Shown here in pieces: positions 48,169 to 58,059 of a stretch of DNA of 64,000 nt. The translations under genes were made by a program, and so were the position numbers. Under the pieces are notes generated by a model that saw only the letters and a list, made by a program, of their open reading frames with translations, had not been told where the DNA came from and ran no database searches. This DNA is from Candidatus Hydrogenedentota bacterium (lineage in GTDB: Bacteria; Hydrogenedentota; Hydrogenedentia; Hydrogenedentales; SLHB01). Positions within the stretch are counted from its first letter, which is position 1; every line of letters begins with the position of its first letter. The stretch is from positions 992,001 through 1,056,000 of the forward strand of contig CAXXYE010000009.1 of NCBI GenBank assembly GCA_963674865.2, given 5' to 3'.

Positions 48169-50585
48169 GGTAACTTCCTTTCTTCAGGGAAGCTGATTCG
48201 GAGCGGTACGGGGGACTCTCCGCTGGGAGTCGGGACGAGAATCGCGCGAATTCCCGGGCGCCGCTCACAGTACCGCCGCGTCTCCTCTTCGTCCATCACA
48301 AAAAAGGCCGTGCTGAGCGCATCACTTTCCATGCCCGACGGCGCGATGGCCGTGGCGCTCAACATTCCCTCCACGGGCATGCCCGTGCGTGGGTCGAAAA
48401 TATGGCAATATGACTTGCCCTGCAACTCGAAGAACTTTTCGTAGCTGCCTGATGTGGATAGAGATTCGTCCCGGAGAACGACCTCGTCAAGCCACGACAC
48501 TGTATTATACGGATTTCTGATGCGGACTGTCCAACCAGGCCTTCCGGGCGGCGCGCCGATGGCTACAACGGTGCTGGTGCCTGCGTGGAGGGCTGCGGAA
48601 GTCACTCCGTACTGCTTGAGAACCTGTGCCGCACGATCCAGTCCCAGGCCCTTGCCAATGCCGCCCAAGTCGAGCAGAATGCCCTGTTGGCCATACGCAA
48701 CCGTCTTCTCTGTCCGGTCGACGGCAATCTTCTCCATGCCTACTCTTGCCAAGGCTTCCGTCAACTCCCCTTCGCCCGGCAAGCGGCCCTCTCCCTTGTA
48801 GAATCCCCAGAGTTTGATGAGTGGGCCGACGGTCGGGTCGAAGGCGCCGTGCGTGTCGCGATGGACCTGCTGCGCGAACAGGATCAGATCCAGCAGGTCG
48901 GGCGCCGTGGCGACGGACCCCTGTGCCGCGCGGTTATTGATATACGTGATCTGGCTGTCCGCACGCCAGCGGCTGAACCGGGCCTCGACGTCGTCAATCG
49001 CGTTGAAGGCTTCTCGGACAATTCGGGCCGCCTCCTGCATATCCGCATCGCCCTCGCGGGCGAACACGCGGAACTCGAAGTCGGTGTTCATGGCCGCGTG
49101 CCTGAAGACCTCGAACGGCCTCTCTGCCGCGGCCCCGCCGTTATCGTCCATCGCGGCATTCTCCTCTTCAACGGCCGCCCACGCTACGTGGGTTGGGCTC
49201 TTATCCAAGTGTTCCATGAGTCTGCGCCAGTTGCCCGTCAAGCTGTAATAGGCGGCAATAGACATCACGACAACCGAACACATCAGCATGGCGGCCCAGA
49301 AGATCCGCATTCCCCCTTTGGGGCGCGCCTCCCCCATGAAGGACTTGCTGTTGAGCAGGACCATGAAACACAGCACGGCCAGCGGCAGCAGGGGCGCATT
49401 CAGGCTTGATGCGGTGATGGCTGCCTGCCAGGGGAAGCCTTGCATGGCGACGCCGTACACGCCGATGACGGGCAGTAGCGAAAACCAGAACTTCGCCTTG
49501 CCGTCGTGCGGGAAGTTGAACATCTCACAGCCGATGAAGCCGCATGCCAGCATGTGCGTGATGATCGTCGTGAAGCCGACCGCCACCATTCCGAGCCCGA
49601 TCAGGAGGAGCGCCGCCCCGTTGCCCAGTGCCTCATTCCCAAGCCACTGGCCGAAGGTCGGGCCCAGCACGGGGACAATGTCCATGATGTTCCGCGTGAG
49701 CGCGCCGGCCGTTCCCTCTTTGGGGCCGATGGTGTTGGCGACGGCAAGCATCAGAAAGGATGTTGCGAACAAGAACGGCACGACCATGCCCGAAAGCAGG
49801 TCGAAATAGGCCAATTCCTTGTGTTTCTTTCCCCAGCCTTTGTTGAGAAGTGTATACGGATAGAGGAAGACCATGTTGATGCCGAGCGCGGCGGCCAGGC
49901 CCCCGACGATGGGGATGCGCGCCTCGGGCATGATGCCGCCATCCATCACGTCGCGGATGAAGGTAACGCCTGTCACCCCCAGCGCCAGGCGTTTCCACTG
50001 GATGCCGGTGGCGATGGCTACGAAGGCGAAGGCGGCCACGATGGTCCATACGAGGGTTTTCGCGAGGAATTCAAAGATCTTCACTCCGCGCGAGCCTGCA
50101 TTGTAGAGGTACACGACCGCGCATGCCGAGGCCAGGAGCAACGCCCCGATGAAGCACTTCCCCGCGCCGGTGTCGAGGTTGATGCCGATACCTTGACCTA
50201 GGGAGACCAGCCCGTTCGCGGTCAGAGTGTATTGGGGGAAATGCCAGATGAGGGTGGCCAGGAGTGCGCTTGCTCCCCACAGGATCGCCAGCGCGGGATG
50301 AAGCCGCTCCCCAAATGCCCGGTATGGCCGCTCGCCTGTGTGGCAGACCTGCTTTGCCACGGCCGCCAATACGAAGTAGCCAAGGATGATTGCTAGGGGC
50401 TGTACCCAGAGCAACTCATAGCCCAACAATGAGCCGAAGGTCATGCAGGCTGCGATCGAGCCTCCGCCCAACGTCATAGCGCTTTGGAGATATCCCGGCC
50501 CGCTCAATTTGAAGTAGCCAAGGAGACGCTTGTGCATAGGCTTCTTGAGCAGCGAAGCCAGGATCTCTTGTTCGTCCATCGTCAT
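48165..50585 (-). CDS. apbE: NRAMP-like membrane transporter fused to an ApbE FAD:protein FMN transferase
   Basis: A polytopic N-terminal ~450 aa begins GPGYLQSAMTLGGGS. C-terminal ApbE motifs AMNT, SRWRADSQITYIN, GAFDPTVGPL, DLGGIGKG, STSGSYEKFF, HIFDPRTG and DALSTA. Single uninterrupted frame. Confidence 0.88.
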   Translation of the reverse strand: MTMDEQEILASLLKKPMHKRLLGYFKLSGPGYLQSAMTLGGGSIAACMTFGSLLGYELLWVQPLAIILGYFVLAAVAKQVCHTGERPYRAFGERLHPALAILWGASALLATLIWHFPQYTLTANGLVSLGQGIGINLDTGAGKCFIGALLLASACAVVYLYNAGSRGVKIFEFLAKTLVWTIVAAFAFVAIATGIQWKRLALGVTGVTFIRDVMDGGIMPEARIPIVGGLAAALGINMVFLYPYTLLNKGWGKKHKELAYFDLLSGMVVPFLFATSFLMLAVANTIGPKEGTAGALTRNIMDIVPVLGPTFGQWLGNEALGNGAALLLIGLGMVAVGFTTIITHMLACGFIGCEMFNFPHDGKAKFWFSLLPVIGVYGVAMQGFPWQAAITASSLNAPLLPLAVLCFMVLLNSKSFMGEARPKGGMRIFWAAMLMCSVVVMSIAAYYSLTGNWRRLMEHLDKSPTHVAWAAVEEENAAMDDNGGAAAERPFEVFRHAAMNTDFEFRVFAREGDADMQEAARIVREAFNAIDDVEARFSRWRADSQITYINNRAAQGSVATAPDLLDLILFAQQVHRDTHGAFDPTVGPLIKLWGFYKGEGRLPGEGELTEALARVGMEKIAVDRTEKTVAYGQQGILLDLGGIGKGLGLDRAAQVLKQYGVTSAALHAGTSTVVAIGAPPGRPGWTVRIRNPYNTVSWLDEVVLRDESLSTSGSYEKFFELQGKSYCHIFDPRTGMPVEGMLSATAIAPSGMESDALSTAFFVMDEEETRRYCERRPGIRAILVPTPSGESPVPLRISFPEERKLP

Positions 50586-50811
50586 CTCTCGCTGTCTACC
50601 CAGTTCATTAGGCCCTTTCGGCGGCCATTATGGCACAGGCGGCGGCATGCGTGCCCACTTTGTCGTTCGCGGGATAACTCGGCCGCGCCGATCGATGGAA
50701 CACCCGCCGCCGACCGACCTCGCGGCGGAAAGCGGGATTCGTGAGTATGCACGCAAAGAGAAGCCGGATACGTCGGCCCGACGTATCCGGCGCGCGGGTT
50801 TGCTCGATTGG

Positions 50812-53800
50812 CTATGCGGCCCCTTTACGATGGTTGGCTCTACGCCGCCCCTCCGCTACCGCAAGGGCCAGCATGACAAGCGCCGCGAGCAGGCTGTCGC
50901 CAAGGGACCCACCCGTAAGGAAGGGTAGGCCGACCGCCGCCGCCGCAGCGATTTTGCCAGCCCCGCGATGGCCCATGTCGGAGGAACTCATGTCGCTCTC
51001 ACAGCCGGTAGCGTCGCGGGCTACGACCCAATAGTAGTAATAATGGGCGGCCTGCCCGCCGCCGCTGCATCCGCCACCCGATGTTGCCGTCGGCGACTCT
51101 GCCGTGGTGTCGTCATACTGCGTGCCGGTGATCCAATCGCTTATCGATGTGGCGGAGCCGGCGGTGCCTGTATCGCTCCGATACACCTGGTATTCGGCGG
51201 CATCGCCGACTTCAGTCCAGGTCACCTGCACTTTGTCGGAGAAACTACCATCGGACGCCTGAACGCCGGCAGGCGCCTCCAGGTCGCAGGGGGCGGCAAT
51301 CGTGTTGGTGACTCGGTTTGTGTCGATGGAGGCCTCCACGTCGAAGACGATGGTTGCCTCGTTCGTGATGACGGTTCCGGGGGCCAGCCCCGCCTTGGGC
51401 GTTATGGTGAATGAGACGTGGCCTTCACCGCGCCCTGTGCCATCATTGGGGGGCAGGAAGCCGGCCAGCACGTCGGACGGCAGGTTATTCGTGGACGGCT
51501 CGAGCGTCTGGAAGGTCCAGGAGAGTTCGCCGGCGCCGTCGACGCCTACCTCGATGTCAACCCACCATAGCTTGTCCACGTCGGCGCGGTAGTCGGAGAT
51601 CGTCTGCCGCGTATTCAATGAGGAGCTTCCTGCCGCGATGGGAACGCTCTCATCGCCCCAGACGATCTCTGTCAGCTCGAGCGTGCTTACGTCCAGGTTC
51701 GTGTCAAGTTGGTCCGTAATAACCACCTCCTGGGCGGGCGCGGAAGCGGTGGGCACGTTCTCGAAATACACCGTGTAGTGGATCACTTCATCGGCCTGGA
51801 TGATGTGATCCGTTCCGTAGCCGGATGTTGCCTTCTCATTCGGATCGCCCGGCGCGACGACCTCGGGGATGATCTTCAAGTCAAAAAGGTTTCGGACGTC
51901 CTCGTTGAGGATCTCGTACACCGATGGGAACACCTCGATGGGCTTGCCGCCATTGGTATTCGGTGTCGGCGTGTTTTCCGGGGCCGGGTTGTTGTTTGGC
52001 GGATTGTTGTCCGGCGGATTATTGGGCTGCGGACTCGGGGGCGGCGGAGAATCGGTGGGGAATAGCTTGTCCCAGTTTGTGCCGGTGTCGATGTAGGTTA
52101 CGGGGACCCACGCCTCTTGCGTGCCTGCCGGATCGGTGAAGTTGATCGGGTCGTTGCCGACATAGGCATAGAGATTCAAGCCGCCCTGAATGTCAATTGT
52201 GTCGGGGGAGAGGAAGCGGCCGAGGGCGGGCGCGTAGTAGCGCGTGCGCATGAAGAGAAGGCCGTTCTCATCGGTGACGGTGCCCTCGGCGCCGCGGAAG
52301 CCGAAGGGATTTGCAATACCTTCCGTGGCCTGGCGAACCACGCCGAAAGGCGTGTACTGATACGTGTTAACCGCGGCGCCTGCGCCGTTCGTGATCAGGC
52401 GCGTGTTGCCGGGGCGGTCGAAGCCGTAGTAGTACGTGCCGCCGCCTGTGTCAACGCGCGCGACTAATCCCAGGCCGAACACGTGGTGGGCGACGAGTTC
52501 GCCGCTCGTGTTGTACTCACCGACGACGTTCACCAACATCGCGGGATCGTTGAGGAAGGCCGTCGTTTCGGTGCCTTTCGTCACGCTCGCGCGGTTGTCT
52601 AGGGCGTCGTACGCGTAGGCCCATGTGCCCGAGGCCGCGGCTACCTCCGTGAGCCTGTTCTGCGCGTCGTAGGCGTACGTTGCGGCGCCGTCGTCGACGA
52701 GGTTGCCGTCGTCGTCGTACACATGGGCGACGCCGTTCACATTGGTGTACTGGTTCAGGCTGTTGACGGTATACGTCTGGGCCGCGCCGTCGATGACGGC
52801 GTAGGTTCGATTGCCCAGGGCGTCATAGGTATAGGTGTCGACACTGGCGTCCGGATAGGTGACGCTCACAAGGCGGCCCGCGGCATCATAGTTGTAGTCG
52901 GTTTCACCCGTCAGGTCGCCTACAGCAACGCAGCGGCCCATTTCATCGTATTCGTAGGCGAGTTGGTCGAGGACTTGGGCATCGGGCGCGCAGTGCACGA
53001 TGTCCGTGACGCGGCCACTCAGGTCGTAGGCGTAGGTCGTGTACGTGCCGTTGCCTCGAGTCTCGGTGGCCACTCTGCCGACGGTATCGTAGGTGTACTC
53101 GACGAGCAAGGCGTTCGTCCCGTCTCGGAGTTGGCTTAACCGGCCCACGGCGTCGTAGACGTAGTTCACGTCCAAGCCGTCATCGGTGGTGATGCGTGAG
53201 CGTTTGCCCATGTCATCGTATTCGTAGGTGATTGTATGGCCGGACGGGTACTGGATCTGCGTGAGCCGATCCTGCTCATCGTAAGTCGCGGCGATGCTCG
53301 TGGCATCCTGCGTGAACTGTGTCGGCCGGCCCGTGGCGTCATAGGCGATGTCCACGGTGCGTTCGCCGACGATCTCTCGCTGCGTGATGGCGCCGCGCGT
53401 GTCTCGTGTCAGGTTGACCACGCCGCCCCGGCGGTTCGTGATCTGCTCGATAAGGCCGGAATCATCGCGCGTGAAGGCGCACGTCGAGCCGTCTGGATAC
53501 GTCTTCGAGACAAGGTTGCCTGTGTCGTCATACTCGTAGGTGCTGACGGCGTCGTTGGCGTCGCGTAGATGCTCGAGCAGACGCTTCTGCGGCATGAACT
53601 GGGTGAGTGCCTCGTTGCCGAGGGCGTCGTACAACGCCATAGGATTGCCGCTGTCGTCGTAATCGATCCCCTTGACGGTGCCGTCAGGCGCGACAAGTTG
53701 GCTGAGAAGTCCCGTGGAGGTGTTGTGGTACTCGGTTGTCTCGCCGAGAGGCCGGATAGCCTGGAGTAATAAGTCATCGCCATCCAAAGCGAACGATGTT

Positions 53801-56800
53801 TCAGCTCCGTCTGCGTTGGTGACTCGCACGACGCCCACCTGCGGATAGGCATAAGCGAGGGCTTCAGCCCCGCCGTCGCGGGAGTGCGAGGCCAGGTGTC
53901 CGGCGGTGTCGTAGGTGAAGGCGCGCTCTGTCCCGTCGGGGTAGTGCACCGCCTGAAGGGCGTTCCGGGCGGCCCCCGCCGTGGTGTCGTAGGCGTACGT
54001 AGTGGCCGCGGCTTCGGGTGGGTCTACAGAGGTCAACTGATCGCCCGCGTAAGTGTACGCGGTGGTACGCCCTGCATGATCTTGGAGGGCGCTGATGTAT
54101 CCGCTGCCATTGTACGTCAGAGAGAAGACATCGCCGTTCGTATGCGTGATGGTCGAAAGGTTGCCGGCGTTGTATGAGAGCGTCACGCCGATGCCGTCAC
54201 CGTCCATAATCGATACGAGCGCGCCGGACGCATCGAAGGTCTGGACTACCCGGCCGCGATCGGTGAGTCGATATCCGCCGGCAATCTCCTCGAAGGAGCC
54301 GAAATCGTGGCGATCGGACTGCCAGTCGCCCCGCGGCGAGAGCCGGAATCTGCGCACCATGCCTCCGGGAACGCTCACCTCCGCCACGCCCGTTTCCGGG
54401 AAGCTCAGAGCGTATTCATAGCTGTGGGTCCATCCCAGGCCAAAGGCGCCCGCTTCGGAACGCGTGTCAATGGTGTTCTTGAATTGCCGCTCGAAGACAA
54501 TCGGTATTTTCGGCACGGTGGTGTACGCGTCGACTATGGCCAATTGCGAAGAATGGGTGAGTGTGCTGGCTGCCGCATTCTGGAACTCGAGATCAAGAAA
54601 ACGGGCCAATTCGCGCTGGGGATTGCCCATGTCCGCCAGGTAGTCTGCGTCGTCCCGCATTCGATCTGCGAAGTCGGCCCACGTGGCGCCGAGATCCGCC
54701 GTGAGCTGATCCCAGATGATGTCCCAGGCGTCGGCATTAATCCCCGTGGGCGCCTCGGCTTTGCTCGGGTCGCCCCAATCGAAGGAAGTGTCGGTTTCCT
54801 CCACGATCGCCACGCGGTAATGGAGATTGTCATGAGCGCTTCCCTCGGGCATGAACTCAATGGGGATGCGCACCTCCGTGCTTGGCGGAAGCGTTGTAAC
54901 GGGCAGTGTGCTACGCGTGGCCAGAAGGTACAAGGGGCCTTGCCGGTAGGGCGACTCCGAAGAGGTCCGCATCATCAGCTCCTCTTCACTTTCGACCCGG
55001 ATGATAGGCGCCGGGAGATCGCTCCCGCCAACATTCTTGACGATAATCCAAAGCGTGTAGGTGCGGAGCGCCCTGACTGCCGAGGGCGCTTCCGCGCTCA
55101 GTTCGAAGACGCCGGGGTCAGCGCCCGTTATTTCGAATCCGCCGGTTATAGTCTCCTCGTGGCCATCGCCCCAAACCAGCACGACATCCGCCACTTGCGG
55201 GGCAAGGCCGGCCAGATCGAATTGCACCGTTAAGCCGAGTTGTCCCACGATCAGAGGATTGTAGCTGCCGAGAACCGCGCCGCCTGACGTACGCAGCTCG
55301 ACCACCACGCCGTCGTCCAGGCCCGCGGCCATGATATCCACGGTGGTGGCGCCGGAGTTGCTCCCCGTTCCCACGGTGAGGTTCGGCACGTAGCGGTTTA
55401 CGTCAACCACTTCCACGCGGAATCTCGGCGCGGCTTTGGTGAAGACCTCGTTGAGCACAGTGAAGTAATATGCGCCCGGCGTGGAAAGCGGCACGAGCAT
55501 CTCGTAGGTTTGGATGGCGTCCTGCGAGGGGCCTTGGCCTATCCAGTCGGTGTCGCCGGCCGATGGCGGCAACTTGTACTTGCCCAAGAGCGTCCATTCC
55601 CCTTCGGCGTCCAGCGGCGTCAGCCGGACGAGAACGATGTCGGTGTCCGGGCCCGCCCAGTCGAGCCGATAGACGTACTCCACGAAGGACTCGTGCTCGA
55701 GTTCGGAAGTCTCGCCGATCTCGATGGGGATTTCGCGCATCCACACGACGCTGCCGTCTTCGCCGCTTGTCCCTCCGGTGTTGCTTAGTCCGCCCGGGGC
55801 TTCCGCTGTGCCGGTGAAGGCCAATTCGCCGAAATGTATGGCGATGCGCCCTCCCCCGCCGCCGCCCGCTGTGCGGGAACAACTGGGACATCCTCCCCTG
55901 GCCCCCTTGGCGCAGATATAGCCGGCTCCATCAACGCCCCCGGCCGTGATGTACACGCTGCCTCCGGAACTGCCTCCCGCGCCGCCTGATACGCCGTTCA
56001 CGAGGATGTCGCCGTCGAGCGTGAGCGTGTCTTCAATATCAAGGCGCACGGCGCCGCCGCCTTTATCGCCGCTCGTGCCGCCCCCGCCGCTTCCCAGAGC
56101 CGTAGGTTCGAGGCGCGAGCCATAGGTTGGCCCAGGACTCGCTGCGTGAGCCCCCGTGCCTCCGAGGCCGCCATGGCTCGATCCGGCCAGCGGATCGCCC
56201 ACCCCCGGCCCCTCATTCGCAGAATAGCCGTTCTCGTTACCGTCGATGGTGCAGCCCTCGCCGAGATTCATGGCGCCGGCCTGGATATGAATCGTGCCCG
56301 TCGTCTCGTACAGCTCGACGGTTGTTGCCGACTCCGTGTCCGAGCGTGATAAGTCCCATGTGCCGGTGATGATCACCGGATTGGCTTCAGCCTCCACGAC
56401 AATGGCCGAGTCCACTGAGGTGATGTTGTGGAGGCTGGTGTTCTTCGTCAGGTCGTTAGCTTGGAACCACCAGCTGTGGCCAGTGTAGAGGTGGGGCTGG
56501 GCCGGATTGGAAATATCGAACAGGCCCACCGTGCCGCTCTGGAACTCGGTGGTGGCGCCCCCTTGGTTGCCGCCACCCGGCCTGGCCTCAACCGTCCCGG
56601 TGAAGCTGTTTGTCGTGTAATACACGGCCACACGGCCGCCCGCGCCGCCGGCATGGAAGGAGGTGCAGCTTGGGCAAGGCGTGCTGCCGCCGTTGGCTTG
56701 AATCATGCCTGTGCCGGCGAAAGTGGCCGTTGTGATGTAGACGCTGCCGCCGGCGCCGGCAGTGTGAGACGCGGCATTCGTCGTGATGTTCCCGTCAACC

Positions 56801-58059
56801 GTGAGTGTGCCTGAGACATCCAGCCGGATGGCGCCGCCGCCCGCGCCGCCGTCGCCTCCGCTGCCCAGAGTGGTCGGCATTGTGGCGGAACCGTAAGGTT
56901 CGCCCGGTATTCCGCTGACGCCCCATCCACCTCGTCCGCCGTGGCCGGCGCCGCATGCGCCTTCCGTCGGCGCCCCAGGCCCTTCGTTGGTCGTGTACCC
57001 TCTACTGTCTGCGTCGATGGTGCAGCCTTCGCCTAGGCTCAACGTGCCGGCGGAGACCGTCAGCGTTCCGGCGTCGTCATAGAGCCAGAGCGTGGATATG
57101 GCCGGATCTTCGGTGCGGGAAATCGTGAAGGCGTCCGTGACAACGATTTCGACGCCGTTTTCAGCGATTAGCTCACTATCTTCAGCGGTAATGCTGTAAT
57201 AAGTGATGGCGTCCTTGTCCACATCGCTGGCCTGAAAACGCCAGGAGTCGCCGGTGTAGAGATGTACTTGGGCCGGATTGGACACGTCGAACAGGCCCAC
57301 CGTGCCAGTCTGGAACTCGGTGGTGGCGCCCCCTTGGTTGCCTGCGCCCGGCTTGGCCTCGATGGTTCCGGTGAAGCTGTTGGACGTGTAGTACACCGCC
57401 ACCCGGCCGCCGGCCCCACCGGTATGCAAAGCGGTGCAGCTTGGACAGGGCGTGCTCCCGCCATTAGCTTGGATGGCGCCCGTGCCTGCAAATGCGGCCG
57501 TCGTGATGTATACGCTGCCCCCGGAGCCGGCGGTAAAAGACAAGGCACTTGCGGTGATGTCCCCGTCAACCGTAAGCGTACCGGCGACGTCCAGCCGGAT
57601 GGCCCCGCCGCCGGCGCCGCTCGAACCGCCGCTCCCCAACGTCGTGGGCATTGTGGCGGAGCCGTAAGGTTCTCCCGGTGTTCCGCTGTAGCCTTGTCCG
57701 CCTCGTCCGCCGTGGCCGGCGCCGCACGAGCTATTCGTAGTGGCGCCCGGCCCCTCGTCGGCCTCATAGCCCTGATCATCGGCCGAGATGACGCCGCCGT
57801 CCTCGACGGTGATGCTTGTGGCCGTGATAGTCACGCCCGTGCCCGCGGCGGTGTCGCCCTCGAGCGTCAGCGTCGCGCCGTCGCGCACCCAGACGTTCTC
57901 GTAGGAATAGGCGCCCGGCGTGAGCGACGCGTCCCCCGTAACATCGAGATCCGCAGCATACGCGGGCCGGATGGTTGTCGCCCAAATCAGGGCGGGCAGA
58001 AGAAGCACTCGAGACACAAGCAGAAGACGCCCAGCCGTTACTTCAATCCCTCGTGACAT
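50812..58059 (-). CDS. Giant secreted RHS/YD-repeat protein (2415 aa): Gly-rich repeats, Ig-like domains, RHS core, GDPNEK domain, FN3-like domain and C-terminal membrane anchor
   Basis: ATG 58059 follows AGGGAGGGG. Signal peptide ...PAYA/AD. Motifs FGLGWTHSYE, many YxYD repeats, RYYAPALGRFLSPD, NLYAYVGNDPINFTDPAG and GDPNEK...YTVYFEN, then a hydrophobic and basic C-terminus. Confidence 0.9.
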   Translation of the reverse strand: MSRGIEVTAGRLLLVSRVLLLPALIWATTIRPAYAADLDVTGDASLTPGAYSYENVWVRDGATLTLEGDTAAGTGVTITATSITVEDGGVISADDQGYEADEGPGATTNSSCGAGHGGRGGQGYSGTPGEPYGSATMPTTLGSGGSSGAGGGAIRLDVAGTLTVDGDITASALSFTAGSGGSVYITTAAFAGTGAIQANGGSTPCPSCTALHTGGAGGRVAVYYTSNSFTGTIEAKPGAGNQGGATTEFQTGTVGLFDVSNPAQVHLYTGDSWRFQASDVDKDAITYYSITAEDSELIAENGVEIVVTDAFTISRTEDPAISTLWLYDDAGTLTVSAGTLSLGEGCTIDADSRGYTTNEGPGAPTEGACGAGHGGRGGWGVSGIPGEPYGSATMPTTLGSGGDGGAGGGAIRLDVSGTLTVDGNITTNAASHTAGAGGSVYITTATFAGTGMIQANGGSTPCPSCTSFHAGGAGGRVAVYYTTNSFTGTVEARPGGGNQGGATTEFQSGTVGLFDISNPAQPHLYTGHSWWFQANDLTKNTSLHNITSVDSAIVVEAEANPVIITGTWDLSRSDTESATTVELYETTGTIHIQAGAMNLGEGCTIDGNENGYSANEGPGVGDPLAGSSHGGLGGTGAHAASPGPTYGSRLEPTALGSGGGGTSGDKGGGAVRLDIEDTLTLDGDILVNGVSGGAGGSSGGSVYITAGGVDGAGYICAKGARGGCPSCSRTAGGGGGGRIAIHFGELAFTGTAEAPGGLSNTGGTSGEDGSVVWMREIPIEIGETSELEHESFVEYVYRLDWAGPDTDIVLVRLTPLDAEGEWTLLGKYKLPPSAGDTDWIGQGPSQDAIQTYEMLVPLSTPGAYYFTVLNEVFTKAAPRFRVEVVDVNRYVPNLTVGTGSNSGATTVDIMAAGLDDGVVVELRTSGGAVLGSYNPLIVGQLGLTVQFDLAGLAPQVADVVLVWGDGHEETITGGFEITGADPGVFELSAEAPSAVRALRTYTLWIIVKNVGGSDLPAPIIRVESEEELMMRTSSESPYRQGPLYLLATRSTLPVTTLPPSTEVRIPIEFMPEGSAHDNLHYRVAIVEETDTSFDWGDPSKAEAPTGINADAWDIIWDQLTADLGATWADFADRMRDDADYLADMGNPQRELARFLDLEFQNAAASTLTHSSQLAIVDAYTTVPKIPIVFERQFKNTIDTRSEAGAFGLGWTHSYEYALSFPETGVAEVSVPGGMVRRFRLSPRGDWQSDRHDFGSFEEIAGGYRLTDRGRVVQTFDASGALVSIMDGDGIGVTLSYNAGNLSTITHTNGDVFSLTYNGSGYISALQDHAGRTTAYTYAGDQLTSVDPPEAAATTYAYDTTAGAARNALQAVHYPDGTERAFTYDTAGHLASHSRDGGAEALAYAYPQVGVVRVTNADGAETSFALDGDDLLLQAIRPLGETTEYHNTSTGLLSQLVAPDGTVKGIDYDDSGNPMALYDALGNEALTQFMPQKRLLEHLRDANDAVSTYEYDDTGNLVSKTYPDGSTCAFTRDDSGLIEQITNRRGGVVNLTRDTRGAITQREIVGERTVDIAYDATGRPTQFTQDATSIAATYDEQDRLTQIQYPSGHTITYEYDDMGKRSRITTDDGLDVNYVYDAVGRLSQLRDGTNALLVEYTYDTVGRVATETRGNGTYTTYAYDLSGRVTDIVHCAPDAQVLDQLAYEYDEMGRCVAVGDLTGETDYNYDAAGRLVSVTYPDASVDTYTYDALGNRTYAVIDGAAQTYTVNSLNQYTNVNGVAHVYDDDGNLVDDGAATYAYDAQNRLTEVAAASGTWAYAYDALDNRASVTKGTETTAFLNDPAMLVNVVGEYNTSGELVAHHVFGLGLVARVDTGGGTYYYGFDRPGNTRLITNGAGAAVNTYQYTPFGVVRQATEGIANPFGFRGAEGTVTDENGLLFMRTRYYAPALGRFLSPDTIDIQGGLNLYAYVGNDPINFTDPAGTQEAWVPVTYIDTGTNWDKLFPTDSPPPPSPQPNNPPDNNPPNNNPAPENTPTPNTNGGKPIEVFPSVYEILNEDVRNLFDLKIIPEVVAPGDPNEKATSGYGTDHIIQADEVIHYTVYFENVPTASAPAQEVVITDQLDTNLDVSTLELTEIVWGDESVPIAAGSSSLNTRQTISDYRADVDKLWWVDIEVGVDGAGELSWTFQTLEPSTNNLPSDVLAGFLPPNDGTGRGEGHVSFTITPKAGLAPGTVITNEATIVFDVEASIDTNRVTNTIAAPCDLEAPAGVQASDGSFSDKVQVTWTEVGDAAEYQVYRSDTGTAGSATSISDWITGTQYDDTTAESPTATSGGGCSGGGQAAHYYYYWVVARDATGCESDMSSSDMGHRGAGKIAAAAAVGLPFLTGGSLGDSLLAALVMLALAVAEGRRRANHRKGAA

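Noticed and set aside
1504..54177. Many long opposite-strand ORFs (e.g. 1504-2505, 6482-7657, 12583-13794, 24907-26064, 45527-46777)
   Set aside because: They are antisense shadows of well-supported genes in high-GC DNA and carry no recognisable motifs.
56650..57460. Heme-binding motifs in the RHS protein
   Set aside because: CPSC is followed by T or S rather than H, so these are not CxxCH.
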